Shown here piece after piece: positions 18,345-27,646 of a stretch of DNA of 64,000 bases. The stretch lies in the NCBI GenBank assembly GCA_020632235.1, contig JACKFY010000001.1, positions 93,602-157,601 of the forward strand, read 5' to 3'. Position numbers and translations under genes: made by a program. The DNA is from Pseudomonadales bacterium (GTDB lineage: Bacteria > Patescibacteriota > Microgenomatia > UBA1400 > PJMF01). The notes under the pieces were generated by a model, which was not told the DNA's origin, did not search any database, and saw nothing but the letters and a program-made list of their open reading frames with translations. The stretch's first letter is position 1. Every line of letters starts with the position of its first letter.

Positions 18345-19337
18345 ATGTTTGAGGCAGCACGACTAAAACTGACACTTTGGTATGTAGTGGTCATTATGAT
18401 TGTAACGGGTGTGTTTAGCTCGGCATTTTATTTTTCTTCTACTCGTGAAATCTCTTTGCTCATCAAAAAAATTGAGTCAAATCAAGAGCGAACCATGCTC
18501 CCACCCACCCCCCAACAGCGCATGCACAACTACGCTTCACTCGAAGAGTTGTACGCGCTCAAAGCCCAGTCACTACACTCACTGCTTTTGCTTAATATTT
18601 TGATTTTCTTTTTTTCTGTTTTTTCAGGATTTATTTTGTCTGGTAGAACGCTCCGGCCAATTCAAGACATGCTGGAGCGGCAAAAACGGTTCATCTCAAA
18701 CGCCTCTCACGAGCTCAAAACCCCTGTTGCGGTGATGCGGGCACAGACCGAGGCAGCACTGATGGATGCCAAGCTAACAAAACAAGAGCTCAAAGAGGCT
18801 CTTATCTCAAATCTTGAAGAAATCGAAACTCTGCAAGGCCTCACTGCCTCACTTTTACGACTTACCACAACTGCTGAAAAGCAAAAAACAACATGGCAGC
18901 AGTTTCAACTTGATAAGCTTGTTTCTATGGTGGCACAAAAGCTCCAGCCATTGGCAAGGAAAAAGAGCATTGTACTGCAGACACGTTTGGAGTCGGTGAG
19001 TATGACGGGTAGCAGAGAAGACATTAGTGAGCTGTGCAGTATTCTGATAGAAAATGCCATCAAGCACTCGCCAGAAAAAAGCAGCGTCTCGATTACACTC
19101 AAAAAAGAACGCCGTGGTGTGTACCTATTGGTAGAAGATAGTGGCAATGGTGTAGTACAAGACGACCTACCATTTTTGTTTGACCGGTTTTACCGCTCGG
19201 CCGGTGCTCGTTCTAGCACCGATGGCTATGGCTTGGGTCTGGCTATTGCCAAAGACATCGTGACTACTCACGGGGGGAGCATCTCGGCTCATGCCAAAAA
19301 GGACAAAAAGGGAAGTGTGTTTGTGGTGAGGATGTAG
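18345..19337 (+). CDS. Sensor histidine kinase (HisKA plus HATPase_c)
   Basis: H-box SHELKTP, N-box, and G-boxes DSGNGV...GYGLGLAI. Two N-terminal TM helices. Confidence 0.9.
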   Translation: MFEAARLKLTLWYVVVIMIVTGVFSSAFYFSSTREISLLIKKIESNQERTMLPPTPQQRMHNYASLEELYALKAQSLHSLLLLNILIFFFSVFSGFILSGRTLRPIQDMLERQKRFISNASHELKTPVAVMRAQTEAALMDAKLTKQELKEALISNLEEIETLQGLTASLLRLTTTAEKQKTTWQQFQLDKLVSMVAQKLQPLARKKSIVLQTRLESVSMTGSREDISELCSILIENAIKHSPEKSSVSITLKKERRGVYLLVEDSGNGVVQDDLPFLFDRFYRSAGARSSTDGYGLGLAIAKDIVTTHGGSISAHAKKDKKGSVFVVRM

Positions 19338-19439
19338 GGGTTTGTTTGCGGAGCATGTGGGTGCAGAGTAATCCATTGGCATTCTATGCAATATTAAAAT
19401 AATACTTGAATTTTGCATAAATAAGTATATGATAGAATC

Positions 19440-20639
19440 ATGATCAAAAGAGATATCACTACTAGCATACACAAGCTCAAAACTCAATTTCCAGTACTCG
19501 CGGTAACAGGACCTCGTCAGTCAGGAAAAACAACATTGTTGAGAAAAATGTTTCCAGATTATGCGTATTACAATCTAGAAAATCCAGAAACGTTAGCAAA
19601 AGTAGAGCATGATACCGCTACGTTTATTAGAGAAAACCAAAACCGAGTCATTATTGATGAAGTCCAGCGGGTACCAAAACTTCTCTCATATATTCAAGTA
19701 ACAGTAGATGAAACCAAACAACTTGGAAGTTTTATTATTTCCGGATCAGCGAACTTATTACTGTCAGAAAAAATTGATCAGTCGCTTGCTGGTCGAGCTG
19801 CTTATATCACCTTGTACCCACTCTCAAATCAAGAATTAAAAGCAGAAAAATTGCTCAAACCTACTATGTATGACCAAATTTTTACCGGCTCATACCCTTT
19901 TCTCTACTCACATGATACAGAGACTGTTGGTTATTATAACCAATATATTGCAACGTATGCTGAACGAGATCTTAAAAATATCAGCAATATCATCAACTTG
20001 AGTCAATTTAGAAAGTTTTTTGCACTACTTGCTGGTAGAGTTGGGCAACTTGTCAACCTTACTACTTTGGCAAATGATACTGGTGTTTCCGTTACTACTA
20101 TCGAAAACTGGATCTCAATTCTTGAAGCAAGCTACTTAGTTTTTAGATTGCAACCTCACTTCAAAAATTTTGGTAAACGATACATCAAAAGTCCCAAAAT
20201 TTACTTTACTGACACAGGATTGGCCTGCCGATTACTAGGAATTCAATCTTCAGAGCAGCTCAAAACACATTACCTGCTGGGGGGGCTATTTGAAAATATG
20301 ATGATCATGGAAGTTACGAAATATTTCTCCAACTATGGTTTGCCAGGAAAACTATTTTTTTTCAGAGATAGTAATGGTCGGGAAATCGATTTAGTTATTG
20401 ATCAAGGACTTACGCAGGTACCGATTGAAATTAAATCGAGTGGAACGTTCAATCCAGATTTTTACAGTGGACTCAAGTACTGGCGTAGTCTTACAGAAAG
20501 TTCTCTAGAAACTACTACCAAGCATGGGTTTGTAATGTATGCAGGCGAGCAAACAAGTAGTGGAGATGAAAACTCACTTTTGACTTGGAATAATCTTGAC
20601 CCCCTATTTGCCTTAATAACGAAAACCAATAATGTATGA
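19440..20639 (+). CDS. AAA+ ATPase of the AAA_14/DUF4143 family
   Basis: Walker A GPRQSGKTT. DUF4143-like C-terminal region. 399 aa. Confidence 0.7.
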   Translation: MIKRDITTSIHKLKTQFPVLAVTGPRQSGKTTLLRKMFPDYAYYNLENPETLAKVEHDTATFIRENQNRVIIDEVQRVPKLLSYIQVTVDETKQLGSFIISGSANLLLSEKIDQSLAGRAAYITLYPLSNQELKAEKLLKPTMYDQIFTGSYPFLYSHDTETVGYYNQYIATYAERDLKNISNIINLSQFRKFFALLAGRVGQLVNLTTLANDTGVSVTTIENWISILEASYLVFRLQPHFKNFGKRYIKSPKIYFTDTGLACRLLGIQSSEQLKTHYLLGGLFENMMIMEVTKYFSNYGLPGKLFFFRDSNGREIDLVIDQGLTQVPIEIKSSGTFNPDFYSGLKYWRSLTESSLETTTKHGFVMYAGEQTSSGDENSLLTWNNLDPLFALITKTNNV

Positions 20640-21388
20640 ACTCACCCGATTTTACTCTCGATAAAATTAAGTTTGGCACAGATAAGCGAATGCTCCAAAA
20701 AGCGTTTGAGTTGTACGAAGGTGGTAAGGTAACGCAAGTAAAAGAAGGCGTTCGTTCCTACAGAGGAATTGTTATTGGTACCCAGCCGTACAACGTAAGT
20801 GTGGAAGCTCGTCGTTATGACTATGCTGATTGCACTTGCTACCTTGGAAAAAATGATGAGTTTTGCAAACACATGGTAGCTCTGGCTATTTATGTTGTCA
20901 AAAATGGCGAGCCACTCACTGATGAAGATAAAAAAATCTACCACAGTCCAACTTGTAGTGGAAAAATTGGTGAATTAGGTACGGATGAGTTAAGAGAAAT
21001 AAAAAAAACCATCAGCTACGGCATGCGATATATAAAGCCATATCATGGGCTATCAAGATTGTGGTTTTCTTATCAAAATTCGCTGGCGGAAGGTTGCAAT
21101 CGTTTGGCAAAAGTAGTCAGTGAATTGCCGGTCAGCAAACAAGCAGCTGACCTGTTGGTCAGTGTGATGCTGCGATTAGATAAAAAACTCACCAACGGCC
21201 GTGTGGATGATTCAGATGGGGTAGTGGGTGGATGTATTGAGGAACTCGTTGAGGTGACATTTGAATATGTAAAAATCGAACCAAAATGCCTTAAAGCGGT
21301 TGAAAAACTGCGCAACCAGAATACTTGTTTTGGTTGGGAAGAGCCTCTGGTTGGTTTGCTGGAAAGGAAGAACAATTCTTACACATAA
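20636..21388 (+). CDS. SWIM zinc-finger protein
   Basis: CTCYLGKNDEFCKH is a CxCx(n)CxH SWIM motif. Overlaps the ATPase stop by 4 nt (operonic). Confidence 0.6.
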   Translation: MNSPDFTLDKIKFGTDKRMLQKAFELYEGGKVTQVKEGVRSYRGIVIGTQPYNVSVEARRYDYADCTCYLGKNDEFCKHMVALAIYVVKNGEPLTDEDKKIYHSPTCSGKIGELGTDELREIKKTISYGMRYIKPYHGLSRLWFSYQNSLAEGCNRLAKVVSELPVSKQAADLLVSVMLRLDKKLTNGRVDDSDGVVGGCIEELVEVTFEYVKIEPKCLKAVEKLRNQNTCFGWEEPLVGLLERKNNSYT

Positions 21389-21389
21389 T

Positions 21390-21573
21390 TTTTGCGGTTG
21401 TTAAACAAAAAGGTATTGAAAATAAAAGAAATTTAGTAAGGGCAATCAACCCACTTGAGGATATTAGACTGGTCTACCAGAACTTTTTGATTGTTGCGGA
21501 AGCGGCGGGCTTTCCGCCAGCCGGCGGACTGTACTTCTCATCCCACCTTTCACGCTCATCACTTCGTTCTTGG
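21390..21573 (-). repeat. tRNA-3'-end-like repeat element, copy 2 (inverted), preceded by a hairpin ending ...GCCA
   Basis: The reverse complement is near-identical over the first about 95 nt (GCCAAGAACGAAGTGATGAGCGTGAAAGGTGGGATGAGAAGTACAGTCCGCCGGCTGGCGGAAAGCCCGCCGCTTCCGCAACAA) to 26303-26390, and about 80% identical over the tail. Confidence 0.7.
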
Positions 21574-21696
21574 CAGAGCACCTGGGTCTGGAACCCGTGC
21601 GTCGTTATAACTGTCCCATTCCAGAATCGAGCTTCCAGGGTAATTTTAGCAAAAACGGGACAAATGGGACACTATAAAAAGGGTGTGTCTTTTTTT

Positions 21697-22332
21697 CTAA
21701 CGATCCATTTTGATATATTTAACAAATTCCAAACCAAAAGGTGAAATTCTTACAAATGGAGAATTAGCAGGATGATAGCCACCCCTTGTTCCAGTTGTAT
21801 CAAAAAGTAAACCAAGGTTGACCAAATTATGGATATTTTCTTTTCGATCTGGATTATTACCGTAAATCTGATAATTTTGATCTTCATTTTTTGAAATATC
21901 GACATCTCTTAAAGTCAAAACATCTGTCTGACTGAGTTGGGAAAGTGTATGTGTGAATTTTTCTAATGGGAAGATTGCTTTATCGTTAGCTTGTGAAAAA
22001 CCTAAAAATATATTTCTGAAGATAGTCCTTTTTATCGTATTTCTTTCGGTTAGGTATTTTTCTAAAGCTATTACAAAACCATCTTGAAATGCCTCATCTC
22101 CCAACACTTGTTCAGAAAAATAGGAAGGATTATCTCTCACCATTTCTACCCATTCGAGCACTCGTTGCTGTCTTAATTTCATCCCAGCACCGTATAAGGC
22201 TTTACTTAACTTGTAGGGAATATTAATTAAAGGAATTGATTCCGCAATTGCATCAACAACTGAGTCTGCTGCAATCTCGATAAAATCGTTTACCAGGATT
22301 TTATCCTTTCGATTTATTTTAGGTTTTTTCAT
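21697..22332 (-). CDS. hypothetical protein (gene 2 of an overlapping two-gene module)
   Basis: 211 aa with no confident family. Overlaps the upstream gene by 14 nt. Confidence 0.4.
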   Translation of the reverse strand: MKKPKINRKDKILVNDFIEIAADSVVDAIAESIPLINIPYKLSKALYGAGMKLRQQRVLEWVEMVRDNPSYFSEQVLGDEAFQDGFVIALEKYLTERNTIKRTIFRNIFLGFSQANDKAIFPLEKFTHTLSQLSQTDVLTLRDVDISKNEDQNYQIYGNNPDRKENIHNLVNLGLLFDTTGTRGGYHPANSPFVRISPFGLEFVKYIKMDR

Positions 22333-22846
22333 TGTATTGAACTCCTAGCACTGATTTTCTTCCTCTTTTTACTATTACATTTCCTGGAATATTAGTTCGA
22401 GATAGTTCATGGCATATTGCACCAATGTTAATATCATAAGCTTCCAGTTTTGGCGCATAGGAAACCACTCGTGCAATAGTGTCAGGATGTCGGGAAATTT
22501 CTTGGATTGAGAATGCCCTTAACTCAGGGTTCATTGATAGTAATTTCGCTGATACCGCATTGTGGTTGACATCCAGATCCATTCCTAAATGGATAAGTAT
22601 CAAATACTTTGCTGGCAAGTAGAATTTACCTCCTACTTCACTTAACTTTTCTTCTAATGATTTATTGGGTAAACCCACCTTGTTTTTGCCATAGAATGTC
22701 ATTTCGATTGGCGCAATCTCCTGTGTATCTTCAGAAACTGGCCTCATTAAAAAAGCATCTGGGGAATCATCAATATTATTCATTTGTACGAAGGAAGAAT
22801 GTTCTTGCATAGAATAAAATGTTAGATTTTCCAACGTTGTGTGCAT
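22319..22846 (-). CDS. hypothetical protein (gene 1 of an overlapping two-gene module)
   Basis: 175 aa with no confident family. Confidence 0.4.
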   Translation of the reverse strand: MHTTLENLTFYSMQEHSSFVQMNNIDDSPDAFLMRPVSEDTQEIAPIEMTFYGKNKVGLPNKSLEEKLSEVGGKFYLPAKYLILIHLGMDLDVNHNAVSAKLLSMNPELRAFSIQEISRHPDTIARVVSYAPKLEAYDINIGAICHELSRTNIPGNVIVKRGRKSVLGVQYNEKT

Positions 22847-22862
22847 CTAAATCCCATAGAAT

Positions 22863-23726
22863 ATGGGGAGAAAGGCACACATGCTTCATACCTATACCCA
22901 ACACAAAAATGCTCGTTTGACACCACTTCGTCGTCGAGAGATGGTTGAGCGAGTCTTAAGAAAGGAGTTGTCTCAAGAACAGGCAGCTTCAGAGTATAAA
23001 GTGCATCGCAACACTGTTGCTAAGTGGATCAAGGACCATCAGGAGCAAGGAAACTGGTTGTGTTTGGATAAGAAATCAACTCCGGAAAAACATCGCTTCA
23101 CAAGTGGGATAAAATACATTGAGAAGCTGTCAGCAAAGATACGGCGGAAAGTAGAGCGAAAACGGATGTTATACAACCGAGAACACCTGGGAGAACTAGT
23201 ACATATTGACACCAAGAAAATGCCTTGGTTAAAGGGTGAAACAGCAGCAGATGGTAAAGAGTATCTGTATGTAGCCATAGATGACTGTTCAAGATGGGCA
23301 TATGCTGCCGTTATGCCAGACAAGACAGATGAATCTGCAGCTGCATTTCTTGATGAAGTTCTGACTATCTCACCAGTCCCTATTCAAGCTATCATGACCG
23401 ACAATGGTCGAGAATACAAAGGTAAACTTGATCGAGGTCATGCGTTTGAGTGTCTACTTGATGCAGAGCACATCAAACACATCTACACTCGAGTCAAAAG
23501 ACCACAAACCAACGGGAAAGCTGAACGTATGATCCGAACCATCATAATGTGGCACAAATCTATCAAGTTTCGCTCAAGGGAAGAAAGGAGCTACGCTCTG
23601 ACTGACTTTATTAGTTGGTACAACACCCAAAAAGCTCACTCGTCTCTCAAAAACCAGACGCCGTTTGACTTTATGGTTGACCACTACCAAAATTGTACTA
23701 ATTGCACACAACGTTTAGGAAACTAA
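22863..23726 (+). CDS. IS481-family-type DDE transposase (rve integrase core)
   Basis: Contains HIDTKKMPW...YLYVAIDDCSRW...TDNGREY...TNGKAERMIRT, the DDE triad context of IS481-like transposases. Confidence 0.75.
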   Translation: MGRKAHMLHTYTQHKNARLTPLRRREMVERVLRKELSQEQAASEYKVHRNTVAKWIKDHQEQGNWLCLDKKSTPEKHRFTSGIKYIEKLSAKIRRKVERKRMLYNREHLGELVHIDTKKMPWLKGETAADGKEYLYVAIDDCSRWAYAAVMPDKTDESAAAFLDEVLTISPVPIQAIMTDNGREYKGKLDRGHAFECLLDAEHIKHIYTRVKRPQTNGKAERMIRTIIMWHKSIKFRSREERSYALTDFISWYNTQKAHSSLKNQTPFDFMVDHYQNCTNCTQRLGN

Positions 23727-23772
23727 CACTTTAAGTAACAGAAAAATCCACTTAATAAAGTAAAATAAATAT

Positions 23773-24423
23773 GTGAGTAAAAAAAATGCTAAATGTCTAC
23801 TGAGAATAAAGATTAACAATTTTAATTTTCTGCAATTGAAGCTAATCAATAACAAAGATTTTATTTTTTCAATTCCAAAAACCAATGTTGCGAATCAGCA
23901 ACTGAACACGCATTTTACTTTGCATACAGAAACTGATGTTGTGACATGGAAAACAACATCATTTGTTAAAAATGGAAAAGATCTGATGAACGACATGCTC
24001 CAAAAGGTTGAAGAGTCTGATTATAAACATCTATCTGTCCCAGGTAAAAAAGAACTTAACATGTTGTATGGTAAAAAGTTTGATTTTTCTGACAGTAAAT
24101 TGTTAGTGAATCCTCATACAAATGTTTCTCTTAATTTAATAAATTCCTCTATGAGTAAGTTGTTTGTAAATAAATCAAAAACATCAGACATATCATCTGA
24201 TAAAGTAGTTAACTTTAATGTTCCTTCTGATAAAACAGGAATTACAATAAAATCATTTATTGGTAAGAACTTTAGTTCAAAAATATCAACTTATATTGAA
24301 GGGTGTGACGATTACTGTGAAATAAGTCATCAAAATCATAAGGGTGAGAACTATTATTTTTTATTTTTGATAAAGTATGAATTTCCAGAAGTAAAGACAA
24401 GTCCTAGCTCAATAGTGATATAA
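23773..24423 (+). CDS. Asn/Lys/Ser-rich low-complexity hypothetical protein (AT-rich, probably foreign)
   Basis: 216 aa of biased composition. Lies between an IS481-type transposase and tRNA-Ser. Confidence 0.3.
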   Translation: MSKKNAKCLLRIKINNFNFLQLKLINNKDFIFSIPKTNVANQQLNTHFTLHTETDVVTWKTTSFVKNGKDLMNDMLQKVEESDYKHLSVPGKKELNMLYGKKFDFSDSKLLVNPHTNVSLNLINSSMSKLFVNKSKTSDISSDKVVNFNVPSDKTGITIKSFIGKNFSSKISTYIEGCDDYCEISHQNHKGENYYFLFLIKYEFPEVKTSPSSIVI

Positions 24424-24579
24424 AGCTTAGAACCAACGACTTTTCCTTCTAAGCGTTTTTAGGCGATTTTCTAGCTTACAGGCCTATTTTGTTATCCTCA
24501 TCAATTATGTGGATAATTAAGCAAGTAGCATCAATCTATTTGATAGTAGGTGATGGGTCTTGGAGCAACCAAGGGTGTT

Positions 24580-24666
24580 TGGCGGAAGCGGCGGGATTCG
24601 AACCCGCGAACCGAAGAACGGTCACGCTTTCCAAGCGTGTGCAATTGGCCACTATGCGACGCTTCC
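24580..24666 (-). tRNA. tRNA-Ser (anticodon GGA), type II with long variable arm
   Basis: Minus strand: GGAAGCGTCGCATAGTGGCCAATTGCACACGCTTGGAAAGCGTGACCGTTCTTCGGTTCGCGGGTTCGAATCCCGCCGCTTCCGCCA. The anticodon loop is TTGGAAA. CCA is encoded. Confidence 0.85.
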
Positions 24667-24727
24667 TTTCTATTTACAACTTATGCTTCAATGTATCTCT
24701 TCCAATGCCTGATTTATAAAATGTTTC

Positions 24728-25258
24728 TTGTATCGACCACCATACCCGCTTCCTGTTGTTTCTAGACCAGATTGGTTGATTGTACTATACTACAGAGTAA
24801 TTATGGTGCTACTTACACTACTGTACTCGATTTCTCAGGTCATGGTAATCGTCGGCCTTCTGCTCATTCTTCTTGAACTATTTATTGGCATTGAGGCAGG
24901 GTTTGATCTTGTTTTAATTGGCAGTATTCTTATTATCAGTGGTTTTGCAGGCATAGCGTTTGATAGCTATCTGGTTAGCACTATTTTGGCTATTATTTTG
25001 AGTTTTTTGTACATTGTTTTTGGCAGGCGATTTGTCAAACAAAAGGTAGTTAGTTCCACTCATAGCACGAATGTTGACAAGTTGATTGGTGCCCGGGCAG
25101 TTGTGGTGCAAGATATTACTAAAAATAATCCTGGTAGGGTAAAACTAGAAGATGAAGAGTGGCGAGCTACAAGTGCAAAAACAGTATCGGTTGGTGAGGT
25201 AGTAGTAGTCGAGAGCATTTCTGGCGTGACGCTTGGAGTAGTACAAAAAGAGAAATAG
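24728..25258 (+). CDS. NfeD-family protein (short form, membrane plus C-terminal OB fold)
   Basis: TM helices followed by an NfeD beta-barrel (VVVQDITKNNPGRVKLEDEEWRATS). The true start is probably a later Met. Confidence 0.7.
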   Translation: MYRPPYPLPVVSRPDWLIVLYYRVIMVLLTLLYSISQVMVIVGLLLILLELFIGIEAGFDLVLIGSILIISGFAGIAFDSYLVSTILAIILSFLYIVFGRRFVKQKVVSSTHSTNVDKLIGARAVVVQDITKNNPGRVKLEDEEWRATSAKTVSVGEVVVVESISGVTLGVVQKEK

Positions 25259-25268
25259 AAAGACACAT

Positions 25269-26117
25269 ATGGTTACTTTCACTACAGTTATTTTGGGTAT
25301 TTTACTGCTTATTGGACTGTATGCATTAGTGCGTAGCGTTCGTATTATTCGCCAGTATGAAAAAGGTCTTATAGTGCGTCTGGGAAAGTACCACGCAACG
25401 GCAAACCCTGGTCTCACGTTACTCATGCCGTTTATCGATGATCTGATTCGCGTTGATATGCGTGAGCAAGTTATCAATGTGCTGCCACAATCGGTCATTA
25501 CTCAAGATAATGTGGTGGTAACAGTGGATGCGGTGATTTACTACAAAATTGTTGATCCAGTCAAGGCAGAGTTTGAGATAGAAAATTTTTCGCTGGCGGC
25601 CACTACACTGGCTCAGACAAATCTGCGCAATATTATTGGTGATAAACAGCTTGACGAAACACTGACTGCTCGTGACAGTATTAACGCTAGTTTGCGCACC
25701 ATTCTTGATGAGGCAACAAATGCTTGGGGCGTGAAGGTGACCAAGGTAGAACTACAAAAAATTGACCCGCCAGCAGGGATCATCGAGGCGATGTCCAAGC
25801 AGATGAAAGCAGAGCGAGAAAAGCGCGCCAACGTGTTGGAAGCACAAGGTTTGAGAGAAGCAGAAATCTTACGGGCAGAGGGTGAGGCAAAGGCTATTAC
25901 TTTGCGTGCTGACGCCGAGGCCTCGGCTGTGCAGATGGTAGCTGATGCTGCTGAAAAGTATTTTACTGATAGAGCGATGAAGCTCAAACAACTAGAGGTA
26001 TCACAGGTGGTTTTGGCCAGCAGTGGCACCAAGTTTGTCTTGCCAACGTCGGGCGAGCTAGTGAATGTGCTTAATCTTGATGGAGAGCAGTCCGTAGTGC
26101 CAGTCAAAAAGAAATAA
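25269..26117 (+). CDS. SPFH/band-7 (stomatin-like) protein
   Basis: SPFH domain (RIIRQYEKGLIVRLGKY...VTVDAVIYYKIVDP). Classic nfeD-stomatin operon. Confidence 0.85.
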   Translation: MVTFTTVILGILLLIGLYALVRSVRIIRQYEKGLIVRLGKYHATANPGLTLLMPFIDDLIRVDMREQVINVLPQSVITQDNVVVTVDAVIYYKIVDPVKAEFEIENFSLAATTLAQTNLRNIIGDKQLDETLTARDSINASLRTILDEATNAWGVKVTKVELQKIDPPAGIIEAMSKQMKAEREKRANVLEAQGLREAEILRAEGEAKAITLRADAEASAVQMVADAAEKYFTDRAMKLKQLEVSQVVLASSGTKFVLPTSGELVNVLNLDGEQSVVPVKKK

Positions 26118-26217
26118 CGCCCTTTTTGTTTCTTTTGTGATATACGACTACCATTGTGTATTTGAGTTGCTATAATCTCTTGCATAGCTTGAAGGAGTAA
26201 AAGACCAAGCAAAGAGT

Positions 26218-26306
26218 GGAAGCGTCGCATAGTGGCCAATTGCAACAGGTTGCTAACCTGTACCGGTTTTTCTGGTTCGCGGGTTCGAATCCCGCCGCTT
26301 CCGCCA
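26218..26306 (+). tRNA. tRNA-Ser (anticodon GCT), type II
   Basis: GGAAGCGTCGCATAGTGGCCAATTGCAACAGGTTGCTAACCTGTACCGGTTTTTCTGGTTCGCGGGTTCGAATCCCGCCGCTTCCGCCA. The acceptor and T arms are identical to the GGA isoacceptor. Confidence 0.85.
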
Positions 26307-26490
26307 AGAACGAAGTGATGAGCGTGAAAGGTGGGATGAGAAGTACAGTCCGCCGGCTGGCGGAAAGCCCGCCGCTTCCGCAACAATTGAAAAGTTCTGA
26401 TAGACCCGTCTAATACCGCAAAATGGGTTGACAGGGCTTGCTAAATTTCCTTGATTTCAACATTTTTCAGTTTAACAGCCGTGTAAGTGC
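26304..26490 (+). repeat. tRNA-3'-end-like repeat element, copy 3, directly abutting the CCA of tRNA-Ser(GCT)
   Basis: Contains GGCGGAAAGCCCGCCGCTTCCGCAA, which mimics the tRNA-Ser T-arm plus acceptor 3' strand GGGTTCGAATCCCGCCGCTTCCGCCA. The tail is conserved with copies 1 and 2. Confidence 0.7.
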
Positions 26491-26566
26491 AAAAAACCTT
26501 TGTTATAAAGTCTTATTTATCTCGAAAATCTCGATTATAAAATAACTCTTTTTCCTCGAATATAAG

Positions 26567-27646
26567 TGAATAAGGCACGATACATTCCGGAATGGGAAGG
26601 TAATCGTGAAAGCAGGTGAATCGACGAGGATTAGGAAAAATATCGAGATGTTTGGTGGCAACAGCCAGTATGATTGGCTGATGAAAACACTTGAGAATTC
26701 CTTGGCTTTTGACAAGTCAGATCCGGCAAAATTTAGACTGCATGTGTTAGAGCACTACTACAAGTATGGCTGGAAACCTACTGTAGAAGCATTCAAAGTT
26801 GGTAAATCAACCCCTATATGACTGGAAGAAGCAGTACGAGGGATCTGGTAAAGCACTGTTGTCATTAGTTCTAAAAAGACTCGTCCCAAACGAGTTAGAC
26901 AGATGACAACGGATTGGCGGCTGATTCAATTTATTCGTGAGTTTAGACAGCAATATGGCAACATTGGTCGAGAGAAGATAAAGATATTTCTTGATGAATA
27001 TGCAACAGAACTAGGCATAGATTCAATTAGCCATAGGACCATAACAAAAAGTTATTAAACGCAAGAACCTGTATTTTGACCCACCCAAAAAGAAGAAAAG
27101 AAAAAAACAAGTTCTCTCGAGACAGAACGAGGAAGTCACCCAAAGCAACGAGGCCTGGATATGTCGAGATGGACAGTGTGGTAGTGTACATCGATACAAT
27201 TCGCCACAACTTCATGTGCTGTATTGACATCTACACCAAGTTCGCTCATGTGAGAAAAGTCAAAACACTTTCGAGCCTTCAAGCAAAACTGACGTTTCAA
27301 GAGTTTCAAAACAAGTCACCACATCCAGTCCACACTGTCCAAACAGACAATGGCTCTGAGTTCTTCAAAACATTTCATGCATATCTAGAAGACCAAGAAA
27401 TTAAACACCAATTTATCTACCCAAAATCTCCCAAGATTAATGGTGTGGTTGAGAGATTTAACCGCACCATCCAAGAAGAATTCATCAACCGAAATGATGA
27501 GATCTACTTTGACTTAGAGGCGTTTCAAGTTAAACTATCCGGGTACTTAAACTGGTACAACTACAAACGACACATGCATCACTGGGATATCTATCCCCAA
27601 TGCAATTTGTACAAACTAATTTTCCGAAATGTATATGCCTTTAACA
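26567..27646 (+). mobile_element. IS481-like IS, decayed copy (transposase frameshifted) with 5-bp TSD ATAAG
   Basis: Ends TGAATAAGGCACGATACATTCCGG...CCGAAATGTATATGCCTTTAACA. ATAAG occurs at 26562-26566 and 27647-27651. The transposase fragments are track ORFs 26606..26821 and 27076..27654. Confidence 0.8.

Noticed and set aside
21574-21665. Possible tRNA gene on the minus strand, ending ...GGTGCTCTGCCA just before repeat copy 2
   Set aside because: I could not fold a cloverleaf and found no matching 5' acceptor strand. Only a bulged hairpin GCACGGG-TTCCAGA-CCCAGGTGC is evident. It may be a tRNA remnant, so it is reported only as part of the repeat finding.
21325-21744. ORF 21325..21744 (+)
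   Set aside because: It spans the inverted tRNA-like repeat and a hairpin, with no coding signal. It is likely non-coding.
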